Source: Eledone cirrhosa (taxonomy: Eukaryota). From it: 64,000 bases of DNA. Below are positions 38,301 through 51,492 of the stretch, piece after piece; position 1 is the stretch's first letter, and every line of letters begins with the position of its first letter. Below the pieces are notes generated by a model, which had not been told where the DNA came from, did no database searches, and saw nothing but the letters and a program-made list of their open reading frames with translations. The DNA lies in assembly GCA_964016885.1 (NCBI GenBank), contig OZ024745.1, positions 14,012,001 through 14,076,000 of the forward strand, read 5' to 3'. The position numbers and the translations under genes were made by a program.

Positions 38301-38920
38301 TCTCAAATACAACTCATTCTGCTCTAATCGCTCTACATTATCTGAATTCACTTCCACATACCTTTACATTTCTTTTGTATAGTAGTTAATATGAAGCATT
38401 GTGAGATATGTAATAAAAGACCAATAATTAAAAAAAAAATCTGGTACAATGTCGTAGAAAAATAGAAAGGTCAAATAAAACAAAACCAAGTAATGTTTTA
38501 CCCAGTATATTTCAACATGATATTTCAGGGTTATTACCCTCTTTTCAAATGTGGAGCTGAAACAGTTCAAAACAAAATGAATGATCGATATGTTCTTCCT
38601 TAACTGGCCTACATGTCTGAAATACATTTATTGATTATACAGGTATTAATCGAAGCAGTGGTTTTCTAAGTTCACCAGGCCATCCTTTGTTCTAATTATC
38701 TTATTTTGATTATAGATATAATTTTATTTTTCAATCAAGTTATCTGAGTTATTTATGGTTGCTTCCTGTTGTTACTTACAATCCAGTGCATCCAAACAAT
38801 TCCACTTACCAATCAATGTGTCAAATGTTTCACTGAATGTATTGTATACATAATGAGTAAGAATTGGAGTTGGTGAGAGTAATGGATGAGAGACAGTTGT
38901 ATGTTGGTGGGAGTAATGGA

Positions 38921-40430
38921 TGAGAGACAGTGGAGACAGCTGTATGTTGGTGAGAGACAGTGGAGACAGCTGTATGTTGGTGAGAGACAGTGGAGACAGC
39001 TGTATGTTGGTGAGAGACAGCAGAGACAGCTGTATGTTGGTGAGAGACAGTGGAGACAGCTGTATGTTGGTGAGAGACAGCAGAGACAGCTGTATGTTGG
39101 TGAGAGACAGTGGAGACAGCTGTATGTTGGTGAGAGACAGTGGAGACAGCTGTATGTTGGTGAGAGACAGCAGAGACAGCTGTATGTTGGTGAGAGACAG
39201 TGGAGACAGCTGTATGTTGGTGAGAGACAGTGGAGACAGCTGTATGTTGGTGAGAGACAGTGGAGACAGCTGTATGTTGGTGAGAGACAGCAGAGACAGC
39301 TGTATGTTGGTGAGAGACAGTGGAGACAGCTGTATGTTGGTGAGAGACAGCAGAGAAAGCTGTATGTTGGTGAGAGACAGCAGAGACAGCTGTATGTTGG
39401 TGAGAGACAGTGGAGACAGCTGTATGTTGGTGAGAAACAGTAGAGACAGCTGTATGTTGGTTAGAAACAGTGGAGACAGCTGTATGTTGGTGAGAGACAG
39501 TGGAGACAGCTGTATGTTGGTGAGAGACAGTGGAGACAGCTGTATGTTGGTGAGAGACAGCTGTATGTTGGTGAGAGACAGCAGAGACAGCTGTATGTTG
39601 GTGAGAGACAGCAGAGACAGCTGTATGTTGGTGAGAGACAGCAGAGACAGCTGTATGTTGGTGAGAGACAGCAGAGACAGCTGTATGTTGGTGAGAGACA
39701 GTGGAGACAGCTGTATGTTGGTGAGAGACAGCAGAGACAGCTGTATGTTGGTGAGAGACAGTGGAGACAGCTGTATGTTGGTGAGAGACAGTGGAGACAG
39801 CTGTATGTTGGTGAGAGACAGCAGAGACAGCTGTATGTTGGTGAGAGACAGTGGAGACAGCTGTATGTTGGTGAGAGACAGTGGAGACAGCTGTATGTTG
39901 GTGAGAGACAGTGGAGACAGCTGTATGTTGGTGAGAGACAGTGGAGACAGCTGTATGTTGGTGAGAGACAGTGGAGACAGCTGTATGTTGGTGAGAGACA
40001 GCAGAGACAGCTGTATATTGGTGAGAGACAGCAGAGACAGCTGTATGTTGGTGAGAGACAGTGGAGACAGCTGTATGTTGGTGAGAGACAACAGAGACAG
40101 CTGTATGTTGGTGAGAGACAGTGGAGACAGCTGTATGTTGGTGAGAGACAGTGGAGACAGCTGTATGTTGGTGAGAGACAGCTGTATGTTGGTGAGAGAC
40201 AGTGGAGACAGCTGTATGTTGGTTAGAAACAGTGGAGACAGCTGTATGTTGGTGAGAGACAGCAGAGACAGCTGTATGTTGGTGAGAGACAGCAGAGACA
40301 GCTGTATGTTGGTGAGAGACAGCAGAGACAGCTGTATGTTGGTGAGACACAGCAGAGACAGCTGTATGTTGGAGAGAGACAGTGGAGACAGCTGTATATT
40401 GGTGAGAGACAGTGGAGACAGCTGTATGCT
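38921..40430. repeat. 30-bp minisatellite, ~50 copies, PDE12 intron 1
   Basis: Unit tgagagacag(tg/ca)gagacagctgtatgttgg, with two 21-bp deletion units. Confidence 0.98.
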
Positions 40431-41795
40431 TGCTGGTGAGAGAGAGATTGAGTGGTGGATCATCATCTTCCTGTAGCCTCAGCTGAAATAGACTCAACAA
40501 TAGAGATTTCCATGTAGATATGTGACTCATTACATTGCCTAAATCAAAACATCAATACTAGGGTCTCTGGCTGTGACAGCTGGATAGGAGAGCTTGTGAC
40601 ATCTTTAGCTTTTTGCAGGTGTTGATTTCCAATCCACGTTGGTCTGTCACTCATTACATTGCCTAGATCCTGAACATCAATACCAGAGTTTCTGCCTGTG
40701 ACATCTGGATAGGAGAGCGTGCAACCTCTCTAATTTTTGACAGCTGTTGGTGTCCAAAACACTAAAAGAGACGCAGCTTCATTTGAGGCACGATGACAAT
40801 GACCTACAAATCTCACCCTCTTTTATCACACAATATCAGAAATATGAGTGAAGGTAAGGGAGTGATGGATGTCAAAACTAAGTTGCCTGAGGGAGAGGAA
40901 GTGATGTTTGTCAGCAAAGAAAGGGTGATGGTAGGGTACATCAGATGTGGGTTTATCTGATGGAATCCCTCTCGTGATGGGTGAAAGAAGTAGAGTGATA
41001 AAACAATTCTAATGTGGTTAGCAAATGTATAGAGAAAACATTAATTTGGGAGGAAGTCTGGCTGGGGACATGATAATCTTTCTAGTGTTGGTGCCACAAT
41101 GTATGCACTCTGTAAAGACTTCTGGGAGCCATTTCAGCATTTGATAGCACCTCTACCATGTGCACTTTTGCGCATCTGTCATTGAAGTCGGCGTTCTTTA
41201 TTATCATCATTCTTTTAATGTCTGCTTTATCTGTTGGCAACGGTTGGACAGGTCTATATAGACCAAGTTTGTACTGAAGCAGGGGCTACTGATCTTCCAG
41301 AGAAACAAGGGATCTGTCGTCTCACTTATGTACGGTCTCACATTTTACTGAGTGTACAGGGGAGGTTGTCAAGTCTTTAACACAACTGAGAGTCCGCCCA
41401 TTTGGCAAGCTTTCTATGGTTGGATGTCCTTCCTAATACCAACCACTTTACAGCATGTTCTAGGTGTAGATCATCTGTACTAGGGAGGCTGCATGACATT
41501 GACATCACTGAGGGGTCCTCTCAACCCTTTGTTTGGCTAGATGTCATTCCTATCGCCCAAACACTAGGAAGGTTGTCATGTCCTTGACATGACAGAACAG
41601 TCCTTCCAACACTTTGACAAGCTTCATTGTTATTAAACTCATTTGTGGTTCTTGTATCATTATATCTGTGTATTTTAATCTATTGGAAAACAATCATTCT
41701 ATTAAGGTTAGGTTACAAAGATGAATGTGAACAGTAAAAAATCATCAAAAATATATTTTTATATTGATTTTTCCGCCCCAATGTTTCTTTCACAG

Positions 41796-41935
41796 AATTC
41801 GAGTGATGACGTATAATATCCTGGCAGATCTTTACTCAGATTCAGACATCAGTCGGGAACAACTTTATCCATATTGCCCAGCATATGCTTTAAATATTGA
41901 TTACAGAATCCAGCTCCTATTAAAGGAGATTACAG
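41796..41935 (+). CDS. PDE12: PDE12 coding exon 2
   Basis: IRVMTYNILADLYSDSDISREQLYPYCPAYALNIDYRIQLLLKEIT (EEP NILA motif). cacag acceptor, gtaaat donor, 140 nt. Confidence 0.96.
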
Positions 41936-42465
41936 GTAAATTGAATATTTTCTACTGTTTCAGTCATTTAAGGTTGGAACTAATCTTAATTTTCACTAAT
42001 TTCTGTTCTTTATCATCATCATCATCATTTTTACATCCGCTTTTTCATACTTGCATGATGATGATGATTCATAATCTTGGCTGGGTTTTACTGGATGGAT
42101 GCCCTTCCTATCACCAACCACTTTACAGCATGGACTGAGCGCATTATCCATGCCACCAACACTAGAGAGGTTGTCTTACCAGACTTAAGAGTCCTCTCCA
42201 CCTTGCATCAGTTTTTTTATTTGGAGTGTCTACACTCCTAGATAGGTTGCCTTTACTATGGCTTATGGAGCCCACGTCTGCCCCATTATATCTTGTATCT
42301 TTACCATTTCACAAATCTATAATCATTGTTGGATCTAGAGAATCCTTTATTGTGAGGAAGATATAACATCGTTAGATAACTGAAGAAGGCAATATAGTGC
42401 ATAGACCAAAATGTTGTGATTATAACAAAGAAGATGAAGATGCTAATTAGTCTATATTAATGACA

Positions 42466-42956
42466 CTAGCAGAAAAACCACCCTATGGGTGGTTTTCTGC
42501 TAGCATATGTAGTGTGTATATTGATATTATACACAAATATGGTAAATATGTAAATATGATACATTAAATAAAATCGTAATTAACAATATACGCAGAAATT
42601 GAGCAAAGCCTATGTTACACTGTCTTCTGTAATCAGTAATCCATGATATATTAAAAAAAAGACGACATTATATATAAACTGCATTAGGAGAAAATTAGCG
42701 ACGGAAATATATGTGATTATAAGTGTTATAAGATAATGGCCGCTAACCGGAAGTGTTGACATTTGATAATTTTAAAGAAGTGAATTTTAAAGATTAAGCT
42801 ATAAAATATATTTAATCAACAGCCACGAAATTTAGCACATAAATTATGTAATATTCATTCATTATTTATTCAAAGTAATCCAACTTATTTTACAAACAGG
42901 ATAAAAAAATATATTCTGGACGCAATCCCGCAGACCTTCCTTTATTATAGTTAAGA
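42466..42956 (-). mobile_element. Non-autonomous Helitron-type element
   Basis: On the minus strand: A|TCTTAACTATAATAAAG ... subterminal hairpin (gcagaaaaccaccc-ata-gggtggtttttctgc) ... CTAG|T. Canonical TC/CTRR ends at an A-T target, no TSD. Confidence 0.8.
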
Positions 42957-43032
42957 TTGTATGTATTATGAGGTATTAAGCTATCATTGTTTTAATTCTC
43001 TCATCATTCCTTATCATATTGTTTTCTTTTAG

Positions 43033-43195
43033 GTTACAATGCCGATCTTATTTGTCTTCAAGAAGTGGACAAAAAAGTGTTTGAGCATGATTTGTTACCA
43101 GATCTGTCTTTATTTGGTTTCAAAGGTCTTCTCTGTTTAAAAGCAGGCCAGGTACCTGAGGGGAGTGCAACATTCTTTAACAAATCAAAGTTCAA
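43033..43195 (+). CDS. PDE12: PDE12 coding exon 3
   Basis: GYNADLICLQEVDKKVFEHDLLPDL...EGSATFFNKSKF (LQEVD catalytic Glu). ttttag acceptor, gtaagt donor, 163 nt. Confidence 0.96.
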
Positions 43196-43900
43196 GTAAG
43201 TTTTTAATATTCCCCTCATTGCTACTGTCATTCAAATGATAGTGACAGTAAAATATGCCATTTTAATCCACATTGTCTCATTGAACATACCTTTTATACT
43301 TGAATATAAACTGAAGAATATATGACCCCAAAATTGGTGATAAAATTGGAGGTTGGCTTATATACGCCATCTAAACAATGTGTTGTTTAGCTGCCTTGAT
43401 CTATAAACGGGGTTTGAATTTTCACCTATTTCTCAGACATAAAATAAGGGGGAAGATGTTGGCTTATATTTGAGTATATGGTACATCTCATTGCTACTGC
43501 CATTCACATGACAGCAACAGTAAAATCTGCCATTTTAATTCACATTGGCGCTTTGAATTTTAATTAATTCTATGTTGTGTGGATGGTTGAGACACGTACA
43601 CGGTATAGACTACAGCAGTCTCCTCAGACAACTCCTCAGACTACTCTATTAACTATGCACAGAGAAAAGAAACCAAGGAAGACCAAGACTGAGAGTCAAA
43701 GACACTGTAAGAAGGAATATCATAAGGAAAGGAATTGATCATAACAAATGGCAAACTAAAGTGAAAAACTTGAGAAAACTTATCAAGTTATACCAAAGCA
43801 TTGACTGACTGGTAGATGATGATGATGATGTCTGGATGGTTAAGAAGTTTTCTTCGCAAGGTTCTCTGCTTTGATCCCACTGGATTATGGCATCATGTGT

Positions 43901-44109
43901 ACCGTATATACTCAAATATAAGCTGAGGGATATGTGACCAAAACATTGATGGTAGAAGTGGGGTTGGATTATATTTGAGGCCAATATTTTGATGATTTTC
44001 ACCAACTTCAAATTTTATGTAAATAAAGTTTGGCTTTTTGCCTATTTCTCAAACATAAAATATTGGGATTAGCTTATATTTGCATTGACATATATTTGAG
44101 CATATATGG
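43901..44109. mobile_element. TA-type (Tc1/pogo-like) MITE
   Basis: TA|ccgtatatactcaaatataag ... tatatttgagcatatatgg|TA. Relatives at 43288-43483 and 46605-46808. Confidence 0.8.
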
Positions 44110-44324
44110 TAAATGATATTTACCATAGCCTTTGCCCATTTTCCATCAACCCAAATCTTGTGAGTAAATTTTGGTTGATGGAAAATATGCAAAGGAACCT
44201 CTCTGAAGGTAGATGTTATTTAACTACAAAAGGATTCAAACCAAGCATGCTTGATCAGATATTGTCCAACCAGGCCAACCATTTTGGTTTTCTTTGGATT
44301 TACAAGAAAGTATAAAAACTCCCT

Positions 44325-44905
44325 TCATGAAGGAAGCTGGATCTCATGAAGGAAGTTGTACTTCATGAAGGAAGCTGGACCTCATGAAGGAAGGTGAACC
44401 TGACGAAGGAAGCTGTATATCACGAAGGAAGCTGTATATCACGAAGGAAGCTGTACTTCATGAAGAAAGCTGTACTTCACGAAGAAAGCTGTATTTCATG
44501 AAGAAAGCTGTACTTCACGAAGGAAGCTGTACTTCACAAAGGAAGCTGTACTTTACGAAGGAAGCTGTTCTTCACGAAGGAAGCTGTATTTCATGAAGGA
44601 AGGTGAACCTCACGAAGGAAGTTGTACCTCATGAAGAAAGCTGTACTTCACGAAGGAAGGTGAACCTGATGAAGGAAGCTGTACATCACGAAGGAAGCTG
44701 TACTTTACGAAGGAAGCTGTTCTTCACGAAGGAAGCTGTATTTCATGAAGGAAGGTGAACCTCATGAAGGAAGTTGAACATCATGAAGGGAGCTGTACTT
44801 TATGAAGGAAGCTGTATTTTATGAAAGAAGCTGTACCTCATGAAGGAAGCTGTTACCTCACGAAGGAAATTGTACCTCATGAAAGACGTTAAACATCATG
44901 AAAGA
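44325..44905. repeat. 19-bp minisatellite, ~30 copies
   Basis: Unit tcatgaaggaagctgtact with variants; junctions form the palindrome cttcatgaag. Confidence 0.95.
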
Positions 44906-45278
44906 CATGAGAGATGACAAAGCGCCACAAGTGGCAATGCTAAAGAAAACTTGTCTAGCCTATGCAAGCATGGAAACAACAAAAGTTTTTTTCGGCAATT
45001 TTTCCCTTCTGGGTCTCTTGGTAGACTTCATTTTCATAATGGAGTTCTTTATGAGATAATGTTTTACAGCCAAATGCCCTTTCTGATAGCTACCCTTTTA
45101 GCCACCTCTTATGGCATGCAGGGATAGGCTTGTATCTATTCTAAACCGAATACGTTCAGAGAGCATGCAAGCTTAGAAAAACAATATTAAAATATTTTTT
45201 TGCCTTAATTTCATAAAATCTTGTCTCTGTTTCATCAATATTTTTTGTCCTAATTTCTTAAAATCTTGTCTGTTTCAG

Positions 45279-45411
45279 ATTGGTTGACCAACACAATATA
45301 GTCTTGTCTGAAACTATAGAATCTGATATCAGGTTTCAAAACATATTGAGGTTGTTAGAATGTAATGAACAATTAATGCACCAAGTTTTACAGAAGCAAA
45401 CTATCCAACAG
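45279..45411 (+). CDS. PDE12: PDE12 coding exon 4
   Basis: LVDQHNIVLSETIESDIRFQNILRLLECNEQLMHQVLQKQTIQQ, an open frame. tttcag acceptor, gtaaga donor, 133 nt; bridges phase 2 to phase 0. Confidence 0.9.
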
Positions 45412-46124
45412 GTAAGAAGACATTCTTCAAACTATTTACCTTGAGGAAGATATCTAATTATTTACATCTACAGTATCGGTTTCACCTTATGCCTGGTCCT
45501 GGAATGAGACTCTTGATGCTGACTTGAGATCAAAGTGACTGAAACATTGTGTAAATGTAAACACAATCAATACACAACAAGTGTTTTAACCCTTTCATGA
45601 CCAGATTTCTTATGAAATACACTCTGTTTCAATTTTGAGTGATTTACTAAAATTATTAATTATTCCATTACTAAAATAGTAACTTAATGTTGGTTCTTAT
45701 ATAAAATTATGTTGGAAGATTATAATTTAAATTGGCAACCTTTAAAAAGGGTGGTTTTATTTCATAGAACCAGAGCTGGTTTTGGCTGGGCCGGTAACAA
45801 AGGGGTGAAGGCCTTTTTTCCTGACAAAGCAGAAGTTAGTGACTGGATTTTCGTTATGGGGTCCTTTTTGAGTTATGTGACTGGATACCCTTCCTGGTGT
45901 CAATACTTTTAGTTGCCTCTTATGACATGCAAGAAACTGGTGCATCTATTCTGGATACACAGTAGTAGTGTAAATCATCATCATCATCACTTTAATGTCC
46001 ATTTTTTCCACGCTAGCATGGGTTAGACGAGTTGTCCTGTTGTAAGACAAGCCAGTCAGATGACTATACTCATACAGAACTGATTTAGGCTTGGTTTCTA
46101 CAGCTGGATGCCCTTCCTAATGCC

Positions 46125-46410
46125 AACCACATTTACAGTGAGCACTGGATGTGTTTTAATATGGCACCAAAACGACCACTTTACAGTGTGGGCTGGATAC
46201 TTTTTGTCATGTTACTGACATGACCACTTTACATTGTGGGCTGATACTTTTTGTCATGTCATCTACATGACCACTTTACATTGGGGGCTGGATACTTTTT
46301 GTCATGTCACCTACATAACCACTTTACAGTGTGGGTTGGGCACTTTTTGTCTTGACACCTACATGACCACTTTACAATGTAGACTGGGTGCTTTTTGTTG
46401 TGTCACCAAA
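46125..46410. repeat. 48-bp tandem repeat, ~6 copies, within a non-autonomous RTE-derived element
   Basis: accactttacagtgtgggctggatactttttgtcatg... recurs at about 48-bp spacing. Confidence 0.85.
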
Positions 46411-46784
46411 AAGGATTAAAACATTTTTCAATTCTAAGATGAGATTAATCCAGAAAATGATAATTTTAATAATTCATCTTAAACATATTAGATATTTTTT
46501 CCTTTCACTAATCATTCTAAACTTTAACTATTCTCTAAAACAGTAAAGTTTGGCTCATCTTTTGACTTAACACTCTAATATTGAGAATATTGTTTGTATA
46601 ACTTATTGTGTTTACTTGAATATAAGTTGAGGAATATGTGACCAAAAAATTGATGGTAAAAAGAAGGGTCTGCTTATATTCGGGGTTAATATTTTGATGG
46701 TTTTCACCAAGTTCAAATTCAAGATTTGGATTTTGGGCCATTTCTTAGATATAAAATAGTGGGGTTGGCTTATATTTGTATTGG

Positions 46785-47226
46785 CTTATATTCAAGTATA
46801 TATGGTATGTTTTATATTCGAGTATATATGGTATGTCTTATATTTGAGTATATATGGTATGTTTTATATTCAAGTATATATGGTATGTTTTATATTCAAG
46901 TATATACAGTAAGTCTTATATTGAAGTATATATGGTATGTCTTATATTCAAGTATATACGGTATGCCTTATATTCAAGTATATATGGTATGTCTTATCTT
47001 CGAGTATATATATGGTATGTCTTGTATTCGAGTATATACGGTATGTCTTATATTCAAGTATATATGGTATGTCTTATATTCAAGTATATACAGTATGCCT
47101 TATATTCAAGTATATACAGTATGCCTTATATTCAAGTATATATGGTATGTCTTATATTCAAGTATATACGGTATGTCTTATATTCAAGTATATACAGTAT
47201 GTCTTATATTCAAGTATATACGGTAT
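46785..47226. repeat. 26-bp minisatellite, ~17 copies, derived from a MITE terminal repeat
   Basis: Unit cttatattcaagtatatatggtatgt, continuous with the MITE at 46605-46808. Confidence 0.95.
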
Positions 47227-49437
47227 TAAATATACCATATATAACATCAACATTTATATCCAGTATAGATTTGTATAAGATTTTTTTTGGATATTAATAT
47301 AAAGATATATGATAGTAAGTTAACAGTAGCTGTGGTCTTCTTCATTAAAATGTCTTACATTAATGTCCTTTTATGTTTTGGTACATGACTTCAAATCCTG
47401 TGAGGATTGGCTTTGCTTTTTATCCTCTCAGATTTCAATAATGCCAATATCAGGTATGTATTGATGTGGATTCAATCAACTATGCACTCCCATCCCCTCT
47501 TCCCCCACACATAAATGACTTCTTCTAGTTGACAGTAGTTGGAAATCTAGACTGGCAAATTGGCAGTCATCAAAATGTTGGATAGAATATTTTGCAGTAT
47601 TTTTTCGGGCTCCTTGTGCTTTTAATAGAAATCATACTGAGGTCAACTATGACTTTCCTCCTTTTGAGTTTGATAAATAAAGTACCAGTCAAATACTGGG
47701 GTCGATATTTCTTTCTCATTTTCTCACGTCTCTCTCTTTCACTTTCTTTTTGGAAGAAATTGGTTCCATTCACACCAGGTAGGTGCTGCTGGATTTACAA
47801 TGTCCAAGAGCTACATATATCATAATTGTTTCTACTTTTGGCACAAGGCCAGCAATTATCTCAGTGCATTACTGGTACTTTATTTTATCGACCCCGTAAG
47901 GATGAAAGGCAAAGTTAACCTCGGCGGGATTTGAACTCAGATCATAAAGGGCCGTAACTCTATGCGGTAAAGCATGGTGCCAGTATATCTTAATGGTGGC
48001 CCTTATGATTCCATGAGGAGTTCAAGGCCCACAGTTGGATGAAATTGAAAGTCTGTAAGTTTTGTAATAGACAATTAAAAAGTAGCAGTCGGTGCTTATC
48101 TCGGTTTCTGTGGCATGAAGTAACTGAGAGTACAAGACTCCTAAACAGGACACTAGTCCATCGCAGGTTTAAACTTGCTGGTACTCATTTTCAGCTGGGT
48201 ATACTGGAGCAACATCAAATGAAATGTTTTGCTCAAATACACAACATACAAGCCAGTTCAGGAATCGAACTCACGAAATTATGATCATAAGTAACACACT
48301 TACCACTAGGCTATGCATCTGCACTCAAGTATATTGAAGTACTAGAAATATGATATTATTTAAAACATTTTTTCTCAGTTATCCCTTTTGATATCAAACC
48401 ACCTGAAACTGCCCTTAGTTCATTTTAAACTATTTTTATTTATCTAAAAACCTCCCATCATAATTTCACTTAAGAACATATGTTATGTTAATAACAGCAG
48501 TTCAATAATGAAAATCATAGGCAGTGTCTTTAATCAGAAACAAGGTTACAAAAGGGTTAAATTGCTTAGAAATTGAGTATATATTTTATTTTACCTTGTC
48601 CCCTAGGTATTAGGGGTCAGTACTGAACCTGTCACCAGATGGCATCAGACTAATCTAATACCTGGCTCTCAAGAGTCCCTTTGGCTCTTTAAAAGCATTT
48701 ACATCTACACACATCACCCACCTCCTCTGTAAATTCTAACAGTTTATCCTTCCTCTTTACCTGTGGCATATGGCACTTTCTCACCTAGCAATTATTGTCA
48801 CCTCACAGTGTCATCACATGTCCATACCAGGAGAGTTGTCTCCCCTGGATAAAACATTGTATCATTAATCACCAGACACTCTTCAATCTTTTTCACTCTC
48901 AAATCTTCTCATATCTTCCACATTCATTTCCCATGTTTCACCACCACACAGCATAACACTTACATGTGGTTATTTTATTTGCTAGAAATCAGATATATTT
49001 CCCTCAAATCACACCATACCATCTTAAAGGAAGCAAAACATGGATTAATGTAGTCCTAAATATATTGTACAGCAACATAAGAATCATGCTAGGGCTTATT
49101 TTTGGGGTAGGTCTTATAATAGGGGAAACAAAGTACACTATATTTGAATTAATCAGTGAATATTTTGAAGGTATTTACTAAAATGATTTCAATTATTAAG
49201 ACAGTATTTGTTACATAACAGAAAGGTTTTGTATATAAAATTGTGTTTGAAAATTTTAATTTAAATAGGAAACTTTTAAATGGATGGTTTTGTTCCATAG
49301 AATGAGAAGTGGTTTTGGGTGGGTAGCCAAAATGTTAATAATGTTGAATATCATTTTATGATTTTTATTTGACAAATATCTTTAATTCCTTCCATTTCAA
49401 CATTTTAAATATCTATTTGTGGTTTTTATTTTGGCAG

Positions 49438-49593
49438 GTGTCAATATTGGAATTGTTGGATAAACCTGGTCAGTTAATATGTGTGGCTAACACTCATCTT
49501 TATTTTTACCCAACTGCTGATAATATACGACTGATACAGATAGCTGTCTGTATGAAACATCTTGAACATGTAGTAGAAATGTACAGGAACAAG
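49438..49593 (+). CDS. PDE12: PDE12 coding exon 5
   Basis: VSILELLDKPGQLICVANTHLYFYPTADNIRLIQIAVCMKHL (NTHL motif). tggcag acceptor, gtaaat donor, 156 nt. Confidence 0.96.
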
Positions 49594-51380
49594 GTAAATT
49601 AGTTGACACTTTTATAGCAGTTTTGCTATTTCAGATAATGTCTCTATTCATCATCATCATCGTCATCATTTAACGTCCATCTTTCCACGCTAATATGGGT
49701 CAGACAATTGTCCCATTGTGATATAAATCAGATCAGGTGACTGTTTTGCTCTCACAGAACTGATTCTGGTTTGGTTTCTACAGCTGGATGTCTTTCCTAA
49801 TGCCAACTGCATTTACAGGTGTGTTTTTTATTGTGGCACCAAAATAACCAAGAGGTTGGACATACTTTTTGTCATGTTACTGACCACATTTCAGGCTGGA
49901 CTGAGTGCTTTTTGCCATGTCACCAACACAACTACTTTATAGGGCAGACTGGGTGCTTTTTGTTGTGGCACCAAAACGACTAACTGGCTGATTGGATAGG
50001 GTACTTTTCCATTTTTCATTATTCCTTAATTCTGAGATTCTGCTTGAATTTTTTCTTTTACTGTTTAGTCATGGAAGGAAGGCCAGTGATTATGAATGAC
50101 TTCCTTTCAGTTCCTTGAAGACTTGTGGGAGGGAGGAATGTAGGGAGGGAAGTAGGTAGGGAGAGAGGTAGGTATCCTTGAACTGGAGACCTAGCCCTGA
50201 CACTTGCAACAGAGAGGCCCAAGAGCCAAATGGGAGTGGTAAACTGGGTGACAGATTAAGTTTACCACCGAAGTTCCTTATTTGCTGTTGCAGAAGATAT
50301 GTTTGATTTACCTCTGGGTAAATTAGTTTCTAGAGGAATGACAATTATAAACTGTTTAATTCTAAAGAGGTCATTGATTTAGATTCTTGATTTTAGAGAG
50401 GTGTTAGAAGTTATGGGCATCTTTAGACTATTGAGTAACATAGGATTTTTATTATGGGAAGTGCCTAGTTGGTATCGGGGTTCAATTCTTTTTCCATCTT
50501 TAACCCTTTGATGACTACATTTCTAATGAAATACACTCTATTTCAATTAATTAATTAAGAATTTTGAGGGTTTTACCAAAATTATTAATTACTTCATTAA
50601 TAAGATTGTGACTTATTGTAAGGTTCTTATATGTTGGAAGATTTAAATTTAAATTGGAAACCATTAAAATGGATGGATTTATTTCATAGGACCAGAGCCG
50701 GTTTTGGCTGGATTGGTAACTAAAGGATTAAGGGCCTTCACCCTATTTTATGGCATCTCCGTGCATGAGCACACCATTCTTTTTATTAATGTTAATGAAT
50801 TGATTTGAAGGAGAAGGGCAGCATTTTAGTCAGGTGATATTGATGTACGTAAAATGTGAACAGAAAGGGAATTCCTGAGTGTTTCAAAGTGGTTCTAGTC
50901 TCATTAACTGATTCAATAACATAAATAATAAAATCTCCATCGATGGGTTGGCAGGATTGGTTGGGTTTCGGATAACATGCTTTGTGGCATCGAGTTACAT
51001 ACAGCCTTTTATGTTCTGAGTTCAAATCCTGCCATGGTTAGCTTTGCCTTTCATCCTAACGGGATCAATAAAATAAAGCACCAGTAATGCACTGAGGTCA
51101 ATTTAATTGACTTCCCTCCCCACAAATTATTGACCCTCTGCCTAACTCAGAAACAATTATTTATTTGAGCAATCCTTATAGGGTCGATGAAATGTAGTAC
51201 CAGTAATGCATTGGGGTTGATTTAATCGACTTTCCTCTCCCCAAAAATTATTGGCCATGTGCCTAAATCAGAAATCTACCAGTAATGCACTGGGTAATTT
51301 GTACTCTCAAATGGAAGCAATAATGCCTTGTGCCTAAAGTAGAAACAATTATTTATTAATGCAATTTCTTCTTGTTTTAG

Positions 51381-51492
51381 GGTGAAAATATTACTGTAGT
51401 TTTCTGTGGTGATTTCAACAGTAGTCCTGATCATGGAGTGAATTTATTTATGACAACTGGAAGTATAGCTGCAGATTTTAAAGAATGGAGAT
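51381..51492 (+). CDS. PDE12: PDE12 coding exon 6
   Basis: GENITVVFCGDFNSSPDHGVNLFMTTGSIAADFKEWR (GDFN motif). ttttag acceptor. Donor T|gtaatg chosen because the next exon needs phase 1; 112 nt. Confidence 0.93.

Noticed and set aside
38772-40530. 518-566-aa repetitive ORFs on both strands
   Set aside because: Products of a 30-bp tandem array within PDE12 intron 1; no unique domain or splice support.
40528-40750. ~120-bp diverged tandem duplication
   Set aside because: Lies within a decayed retroelement relic; no independent function evident.
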